Assembly (NCBI GenBank): GCA_045617125.1
Contig: JAZLIA010000033.1
Span: 1 to 18,299, forward strand
From: Clostridia bacterium
Lineage (GTDB): Bacteria; Bacillota; Clostridia; Christensenellales; Aristaeellaceae
DNA length: 18,299 nt
Direction: 5' to 3'
Shown here: in pieces, positions 13,564-18,299 of the stretch
How positions within the stretch are numbered: the stretch's first letter is position 1
Layout: every line of letters begins with the position of its first letter
Position numbers and translations under genes: made by a program
The notes under the pieces: generated by a model
Seen by the model: only the letters and a program-made list of their open reading frames with translations
What the model was told of the DNA's origin: nothing
Database searches by the model: none

Positions 13564-15879
13564 TTATGGCTCGGTAAAGGAAATATACTTTCGCATGCAG
13601 AAGCCTTCCCGGCCTCCATAGCGCACCCGGCACCAGGTTTTGCCAATGCCCGTCACCTGCAGGCAGGTGTAGCGGGGGATCTCCGCCTGCACAGAGGAAG
13701 AGGTGCTGCAGCCGGAGCGCAGGTTGAGACTGCCGTTTTTGCTGGCCACATAGCCGTTTACAGGCTGCTGAAGCGAAACCAGAGTGGCATCCCGGGGCGC
13801 GGCGGGCGAAGGCGTGACCGCATCCAGCAAAGGAAGCGCGCTCTCAAACGCCAGATAAGCCGTCATCACATATCCGTTTTTTCCCCCATAGCTCACACGG
13901 CACCAGAGAGGCCCTTTTTCGAAAATCGGGACGCGCGCCAGATGCGGGATCTCCAGCAGCACCCGGCTGTTTTGATCTGGCCCCTCGCGCAGGTTGAGGC
14001 TGCCGCTCACGGTGACCGTGACCGCGAAAAGACTTTCTGTCAAAGGAGACACGGAGGGCACAGGCGTCGGTGTCGCCTTCCCGGCGGGCGTAACTGCAGG
14101 CGTTTTGGCAGGAACCGGCGAAGGCGTCGCCTTCGGCGACACCGTGGGCTGGGCAGGATCGAAGCCCAGGTAGCAGGTCATCACATAGCCCGTGCTGCCA
14201 AGATAGCTCACACGGCTCCATTCCCCATCCCGGGAAAGGACTGTGACCGTCTTTCCTTTGGGGATCGTGCGGAGGATGCCTGCGGATGAAGAAGCCCTGG
14301 AACGCAGGTTGAGACTGCCGGAAGCAGTATTGACCCGCGCGGTGACCGGATCGGAACCGGGCCCCGGGGTGGAAAGCACCGTCACAAAGGAATCGGAAAC
14401 ATATCCCTCCGTGCCCTTATAGCGGGTAAAATACCAGCTGCCCTCCCGGGACAAAAGCGGGATCACCTCTCCCCTCGGCACCGTGCGCAGCACTGTGCCG
14501 CCGGGCGTTCTGCGCAGGTTGAGACTGCCTGAAGCAGTGTTTACCCGGCCGGTAAGCGACGCATCGGTCATTTCAGCTGGAGAGGCCGGGCCGGAAGAGG
14601 CGCCGCTCCCAGTAAGCTCGCAGCCCTCATAGTAAAAATGCAGAATATCCCGGCAGATCATGCCGGAAAGCGCCATCTGCCGGGCGCCATGCTGGCTCAT
14701 TCCAATGCCGTGACCATAGCGCCGGGCCAGCACCCGGAAGCCGCCCGGAATGCTTTCCACACTCCATAATTCGCTTTTCCCGGAAGAGAGATTCATGCTG
14801 AGGGGGCTTTCCAGTTCGTCAAAAATGGAAAAGGTGAGTTCTCCATAGCGCACCTGTTTTCCGCTTGTATAGGTCACGTAAAAGGTCAGCCTCGTATACA
14901 GCCGGCTCGGCGCGGCATACAATGGCACAGATGCGCTCACGTCATAAATGGTAGCAAGAGACGCTCCGTTTCCGTACCGGTCGCACAGCTTTTTGTTAAG
15001 AAGCCCTGAAAGCGTGCCGCTCAGCTTATCGGGGTCGGAATAGACCGGGAAGGACACGCATTTCGCATCGGAAAGAAGATCCCACGGGTCCTCCTTCACG
15101 GTAAGGTAATCACAGCCGCGTGAACCCCAGGCATTGAAGGCGCTCTCCGTCTGCCCGCCGTTGGACGCAGTGTAAAACGCGGCTGCCCAGCTGCCGTTAT
15201 AAACAAGGGCCTGTCCGGCTGTTTGCCGCTGCGCGTCCAGGCAGTGCGCCCGCTCCGAAGGGGTGCCGTTATACACCTGATCGGAGGTGGTATCCACCAC
15301 ATCATAACGGATCTGGGCATTATCCCGCATTTTGCGCAGGGCATAGGTGCGGCACACCACCGCCTGGGCCTTCAGCGCTTCCACAGGGAAGCTGTCGCCC
15401 ATTTCATAGGCGATCACCCCGTAAACATAGCTTTCCAGCGGCACGGAAACCGTGCAGGTCATGCGGAAGAAGCCGTTTTTCTGCTCTGAGATGAAGGTGA
15501 GGTCGCCGGGATACACGTTGGAGGGCACACGGGCGCGGGCAATGCGGGCCCCGCTGCTCTCCCCCGCCCTTTCCAGCGTGAAGGCGGTGCCGCAATCCAC
15601 ACTGCGGCTGCCCGTAACAAGGGTAATGCGGCCGGTAGCGGAATTCAGGCTCACTTTTGCATCCGTTCCATCCGAAAAAGTCGTGCCGTTCAGCCGGTAG
15701 CCTCCCAGCAATGTCACCTGAATGGAAAGCGGGCTGCCGAGTGAATCCAGCCTCACCCTCACCGTGCCTTCCGCTTTCATATCCGAAAAAGCCGGCGCCT
15801 CAGAAAGCACAAACGTGAAAATCAGCAAAAGGACAAAAATGCGTATTGCCGCTCTTCCGGCACGTTTTTCCTTCGTCAC
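13564..15879 (-). CDS. SpoIID/LytB-domain protein (peptidoglycan lytic transglycosylase / amidase enhancer-like) with four C-terminal SH3b domains
   Basis: N-terminal signal/anchor AAIRIFVLLLIFTFVL. SpoIID motifs VVCRTYAL, SDQVYNG and FYTASNGGQTES. Four repeats of the type SGSLNLR...G(Y/F)V. The GTG start at 15879 has GGAGGA 9 nt upstream. Confidence 0.88.
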   Translation of the reverse strand: MTKEKRAGRAAIRIFVLLLIFTFVLSEAPAFSDMKAEGTVRVRLDSLGSPLSIQVTLLGGYRLNGTTFSDGTDAKVSLNSATGRITLVTGSRSVDCGTAFTLERAGESSGARIARARVPSNVYPGDLTFISEQKNGFFRMTCTVSVPLESYVYGVIAYEMGDSFPVEALKAQAVVCRTYALRKMRDNAQIRYDVVDTTSDQVYNGTPSERAHCLDAQRQTAGQALVYNGSWAAAFYTASNGGQTESAFNAWGSRGCDYLTVKEDPWDLLSDAKCVSFPVYSDPDKLSGTLSGLLNKKLCDRYGNGASLATIYDVSASVPLYAAPSRLYTRLTFYVTYTSGKQVRYGELTFSIFDELESPLSMNLSSGKSELWSVESIPGGFRVLARRYGHGIGMSQHGARQMALSGMICRDILHFYYEGCELTGSGASSGPASPAEMTDASLTGRVNTASGSLNLRRTPGGTVLRTVPRGEVIPLLSREGSWYFTRYKGTEGYVSDSFVTVLSTPGPGSDPVTARVNTASGSLNLRSRASSSAGILRTIPKGKTVTVLSRDGEWSRVSYLGSTGYVMTCYLGFDPAQPTVSPKATPSPVPAKTPAVTPAGKATPTPVPSVSPLTESLFAVTVTVSGSLNLREGPDQNSRVLLEIPHLARVPIFEKGPLWCRVSYGGKNGYVMTAYLAFESALPLLDAVTPSPAAPRDATLVSLQQPVNGYVASKNGSLNLRSGCSTSSSVQAEIPRYTCLQVTGIGKTWCRVRYGGREGFCMRKYISFTEP
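13576..14553 (-). repeat. Four SH3b-encoding repeats, with a Pro/Thr/Ala-rich linker between repeats 2 and 3
   Basis: The 15-mer CAGGTTGAGACTGCC (encoding GSLNL on the minus strand) occurs at 13720, 13990 (1 mismatch), 14305 and 14515. Protein repeats lie at about aa 443-501, 513-572, 619-677 and 709-768. The linker reads DPAQPTVSPKATPSPVPAKTPAVTPAGKATPTPVPSVSP. Confidence 0.85.
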
Positions 15880-15941
15880 AGGGGGCTTCCTCCGTCTCTC
15901 CCGGCCGGGCTCCCGGTTCGGGATTTAACATATTTGTAACA

Positions 15942-15970
15942 ATTATAATCGAGCTTCGCGCAGCTGTCAA
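15942..15970 (-). promoter_or_regulatory. Sigma-A consensus promoter of the SpoIID-like gene
   Basis: The minus strand reads TTGACA (15970-15965), a 17-nt spacer, then TATAAT (15947-15942). Confidence 0.7.
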
Positions 15971-16015
15971 GAAGCTTCCGGGGGTTGGGGCTGCCAAATC
16001 TGTAAAAATCACCTC

Positions 16016-16043
16016 TTGACCCCGGATCTTTTTACGATATAAT
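16016..16043 (+). promoter_or_regulatory. Near-consensus sigma-A promoter of the Fur-family/rubrerythrin operon
   Basis: TTGACC (16016-16021), a 16-nt spacer, then TATAAT (16038-16043), 35 nt upstream of the ATG at 16078. Confidence 0.7.
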
Positions 16044-16048
16044 ACTTA

Positions 16049-16065
16049 TTGAGATTTATTATCAA
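16049..16065 (+). promoter_or_regulatory. Fur/PerR-type box (7-1-7 imperfect palindrome)
   Basis: TTGAGATT-T-ATTATCAA. The right half, ATTATCA, equals the Fur/PerR half-site; the left half, TGAGATT, matches TGATAAT at 5 of 7 positions. It lies between the -10 element and the RBS, the position expected for autorepression. Confidence 0.55.
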
Positions 16066-16077
16066 TTAGGAGGGCGC

Positions 16078-16500
16078 ATGCGAAAACGCAACACAGTGCA
16101 GCGTGAGCTGGTGGTGAACGCAGTGCAGCGCCTTCACAACCACCCCACGGCGGAGCAGGTATATGACCAGATCCATTCGGAGCATCCCTCCGTGGGCCTG
16201 GGCACAGTATATCGCAACCTGTCCTCTCTGTCGGAAGAGGGGCAGCTTACCCGGGTCACATTCCCCGGGGAAGCCGATCATTTCGATCACAGCCTTCACC
16301 CCCACTATCACGCGCTGTGCCGGGAATGCCATCGGGTGTTTGACGTGGAGGGCGAGCCCCTGCCCCAAATGGATGCGGGGCAGTTTGAGGCTCACGGCTT
16401 TCGCGTGGAAAGCTGCGAATTGCTTTTCCGGGGCCTGTGCCCGGATTGTGCCGCCCGGGAGGCGGAAAAAAACTCAGGTGATCATGCGGCTTGCCGCTGA
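16078..16500 (+). CDS. perR: Fur-family metalloregulator, PerR-like
   Basis: Winged-helix N-terminus (RNTVQRELVVNAV...HPTAEQVY), a His-rich regulatory site DHFDHSLHPHYH, and a structural Zn site CRECHRV...CPDC. It sits directly upstream of rubrerythrin, as in clostridial PerR regulons. The RBS AGGAGGG is 5 nt upstream. Confidence 0.8.
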   Translation: MRKRNTVQRELVVNAVQRLHNHPTAEQVYDQIHSEHPSVGLGTVYRNLSSLSEEGQLTRVTFPGEADHFDHSLHPHYHALCRECHRVFDVEGEPLPQMDAGQFEAHGFRVESCELLFRGLCPDCAAREAEKNSGDHAACR

Positions 16501-16536
16501 TGATACACAATTATTTATTTTCGGAGGTATAATGTT

Positions 16537-17079
16537 ATGAAGTGGGTCTGCCCTGTTTGCGGTTATGTTCATGAAGGTCCCGAGGCTCCCGAAAAGTGCC
16601 CGGTGTGCAAGGTTCCCGGCAGCAAGTTTGTTAAGCAGGAAGAGGGCTTCACCTGGGCCGCCGAGCATGTGATCGGCATTGCGAAGGATGTTCCGGACGA
16701 GATCAAGGAAGGCCTGCGCGCCAATTTCAACGGCGAATGCTGCGAAGTGGGCATGTATCTGGCCATGAGCCGCGCCGCTGCCCGCGAAGGCTATCCCGAG
16801 GTCGCCGAATATTGGAAGACCGCCGCTTTTGAGGAAGCCGAGCATGCCGCCAAGTTTCCCGAGCTGCTGGGCGAAGTGGTGTCCCCCTCCACGAAAGAAA
16901 ACCTCGCCGTGCGCGTGGAAGCCGAAAACGGCGCCACCCTGGGCAAATTCGAGCTGGCCAAGAAGGCCAAGGAGCTGGGCCTGGATGCCATCCACGACAC
17001 CGTGCACGAGATGGCCCGCGACGAAGCCCGGCACGGCAAGGCGTTCGAAGGACTGCTCAAGCGGTACTTCAACAAGTAA
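16537..17079 (+). CDS. rbr: Reverse rubrerythrin (N-terminal rubredoxin-like Cys4 domain plus C-terminal diiron ferritin-like domain)
   Basis: N-terminal [10 protein letters not shown]...KCPVCKV. Diiron ExxH motifs EEAEH and DEARH, plus [13 protein letters not shown] lies 9 nt upstream. Confidence 0.9.
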   Translation: MKWVCPVCGYVHEGPEAPEKCPVCKVPGSKFVKQEEGFTWAAEHVIGIAKDVPDEIKEGLRANFNGECCEVGMYLAMSRAAAREGYPEVAEYWKTAAFEEAEHAAKFPELLGEVVSPSTKENLAVRVEAENGATLGKFELAKKAKELGLDAIHDTVHEMARDEARHGKAFEGLLKRYFNK

Positions 17080-17108
17080 GAAAAGCCTTATAAATCAAGG
17101 GTTTTCAG

Positions 17109-17141
17109 GGAACCGTTCGGATATGGACGGTTCCTTTTTTT
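17109..17141 (+). terminator. Rho-independent terminator of the perR-rbr operon
   Basis: Stem GGAACCGT (17109-17116) pairs with ACGGTTCC (17127-17134) and can be extended by 2 bp. Seven T residues follow (17135-17141). Confidence 0.85.
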
Positions 17142-17245
17142 ATGCCACTGCCGACCTCCTCCCGCGATAAATTATGCCATTCTTATGCCAATTGGCATGA
17201 AAATCACCGAATTTGAAACCGCATTATGCCACACCAATTATGCCA
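17140..17245 (+). repeat. Array of five direct TTATGCCA octamers plus a 14-bp perfect palindrome
   Basis: Exact TTATGCCA at 17140, 17172, 17183, 17224 and 17238, all in the same orientation. Three copies extend to ATTATGCCA. The palindrome ATGCCAATTGGCAT lies at 17185-17198. A further inverted TGGCAT lies at 17334-17339. Confidence 0.75.
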
Positions 17246-17293
17246 CTCTATTTTAGATGTAGCGATGTAAACTGTCAATCAGCTTTCATTTAC

Positions 17294-17327
17294 AAAAAAA
17301 GTGCTGAAGCGGATCACGCTCCAACAC
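17294..17327 (-). terminator. Rho-independent terminator of the WYL-regulator/acidic-protein unit
   Basis: Minus-strand hairpin GUGUUGGAGCG-UGAUC-CGCUUCAGCAC (11 bp including two G-U pairs) at 17301-17327, followed by seven U residues (17294-17300). Confidence 0.7.
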
Positions 17328-17379
17328 ACTATCTGGCATTTACTTCAAGCTCTTCCCTCTTTGACTCCTGCGATTCTTC

Positions 17380-17928
17380 TTACAAATCAAATCTTTCAGG
17401 GAACAGATCATACTCCAAGCTTCCATAAGGGTCAGCCATTTTTTCGATATTCTTACAAGTGAAATCAATTATCCAAGCGATAGAGCCTTGATAAATGTTT
17501 TCGTTACTGATTGCGTCATTCATGTCATCATACAAATCCCCAATCAGTTTACGTGCTTCTTCCTCTTTACCTAATGCGTCACGAAATTCATACGCAGAAT
17601 CCTCAGCAAGAGAACCGCAACCATAGAACTCATTTAAGATAATTACTTTTTCAATCTTATTGATTTCCTGACAGTTCGCATCAATTTCATTTTCAAAAGC
17701 ATCCCATGCTTCTTGAAAGTCATCAGTATCTCCATCAATGCAATCATAAAGAACACGTTCTATCTGAGAGATACTTTTTGCGGTTAGAATCTCTTTGGGG
17801 TCTCCATTCCAAATATTATCGCCACAGCAATCATCAAAAGCCTCATCAGAAACACTGGAAAACTCCAACGGATTCTGATCGGACTTAATGACTATAAACA
17901 CTTTCGTTCTCTTGCCAAGCGCTTCCAC
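17380..17928 (-). CDS. Hypothetical, strongly acidic 182-aa protein with no family recognised
   Basis: The GTG start at 17928 is preceded by GAGGAGG and a 7-nt spacer, 23 nt after the upstream stop. My hand count gives 43 Asp+Glu against 16 Lys+Arg. There is no signal peptide or TM segment. Its own terminator lies downstream. Confidence 0.7.
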   Translation of the reverse strand: MEALGKRTKVFIVIKSDQNPLEFSSVSDEAFDDCCGDNIWNGDPKEILTAKSISQIERVLYDCIDGDTDDFQEAWDAFENEIDANCQEINKIEKVIILNEFYGCGSLAEDSAYEFRDALGKEEEARKLIGDLYDDMNDAISNENIYQGSIAWIIDFTCKNIEKMADPYGSLEYDLFPERFDL

Positions 17929-17951
17929 GATAGTTCCTCCTCATTGTGTTC

Positions 17952-18299
17952 TCAATCACTGTATCTTTCGGCAATCTCTTGCAGCGCCGTTTTCATCTTT
18001 TCCTTCACACTTTCAGGCGCGACGATTTTTACCATTTTTCCTAAACCGAACACCCATCCGAAAAACTGATTGCTGACGGCAACGGGGACGGTGATTCTGA
18101 AATGCCTGTCATCCGCTTTCATGACCACGACATCCTTACCAAATCTGTCGATCACCACGCCCATCATGCGGTTCTGAAATACCATCGTCACATGCTCGAC
18201 CTCGCCGCCGAACATGCTGAATGTGTACTTGGTGTAGTTCGACATGTCCAGCTTTTCAAAAGCCTCGGCTCCCTCTCGGTCAACCTTCATGTCGGCAAC
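17952..18299 (-). CDS. WYL-domain transcriptional regulator, C-terminal (WCX-like) part; the 5' end lies outside the window
   Basis: The frame is open to the window edge. The sequence YTFSMFGGEVEHVTMVFQNRMMGVVIDRFGKDV...HFRITVPVAVSNQFFGWVFGLGKMVKIVAPESVKEKM matches, from memory, the C-terminal region of YafY/PafBC/BrxR-type HTH-WYL regulators. Confidence 0.7.
   Translation of the reverse strand, partial: VADMKVDREGAEAFEKLDMSNYTKYTFSMFGGEVEHVTMVFQNRMMGVVIDRFGKDVVVMKADDRHFRITVPVAVSNQFFGWVFGLGKMVKIVAPESVKEKMKTALQEIAERYSD

Noticed and set aside
12511-14289. A 592-aa plus-strand ORF spanning the LacI gene, the hairpin spacer and part of the SpoIID-like gene.
   Set aside because: It crosses an intergenic region and two well-supported minus-strand genes. 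The product is Arg/Gly/His/Pro-rich with long R-runs. It is a GC-driven artefact.
13720-14529. A 15-mer, CAGGTTGAGACTGCC, recurring four times at intervals of 210-315 bp, considered as a CRISPR-like or dispersed repeat.
   Set aside because: All copies are in frame inside one CDS and encode the conserved GSLNL strand of four SH3b domains. The spacing is domain-length and irregular, so this is not a CRISPR array.
17140-17245. Resemblance of TTATGCCAC(A) to the DnaA box TTATCCACA, which could suggest a replication origin.
   Set aside because: The match requires deleting one base in every copy (TTATG-CCACA versus TTATCCACA or TTATGCACA). There is no dnaA or dnaN context and no AT-rich unwinding 13-mers. 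A mobile-element cis site fits better.
17197-17256. A 19-codon sORF (MKITEFETALCHTNYATLF) inside the TTATGCCA array, and the 71-aa ORF at 17213-17428(+).
   Set aside because: Neither has a Shine-Dalgarno sequence. The longer one runs through a terminator and into the opposite-strand gene. The repeats explain the sequence better than coding does.

Overview
This window is 18.3 kb of a high-GC, Firmicutes/Clostridia-like chromosome, transcribed almost entirely on the minus strand. All family calls come from motif recognition by eye; no searches were run. Reading right to left (the minus-strand direction of transcription): (1) The right edge holds an AT-richer islet. It contains the C-terminal part of a WYL/WCX-type regulator, cut by the window end at 17952-18299, then a very acidic 182-aa orphan protein and its terminator. 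(2) A convergent intergenic region carries five direct copies of TTATGCCA and a perfect 14-bp palindrome. (3) On the plus strand sits a Fur-family (PerR-like) regulator plus reverse rubrerythrin operon, with a near-consensus promoter and a Fur-type box. (4) Divergent from it is a SpoIID/LytB-domain protein with four C-terminal SH3b repeats. (5) A 261-bp spacer is packed with six consecutive perfect stem-loops. (6) Next comes a predicted alpha-1,6-glucan (dextran/isomalto-oligosaccharide) utilisation locus. It encodes a LacI-family regulator, a GH66 dextranase-like enzyme, a CUT1 binding protein with two permeases but no ATPase, a clan GH-L (GH15/GH125-like) hydrolase and a HAD-fold protein. 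(7) A terminator and a consensus promoter lead into a second ABC system with Fbp/Afu-type architecture: binding protein, fused 12-TM permease and MalK-like ATPase. (8) That operon's intrinsic terminator is followed 10 nt later by the 5' end of a group II intron, which runs off the left edge. I saw no rRNA, tRNA or CRISPR array.
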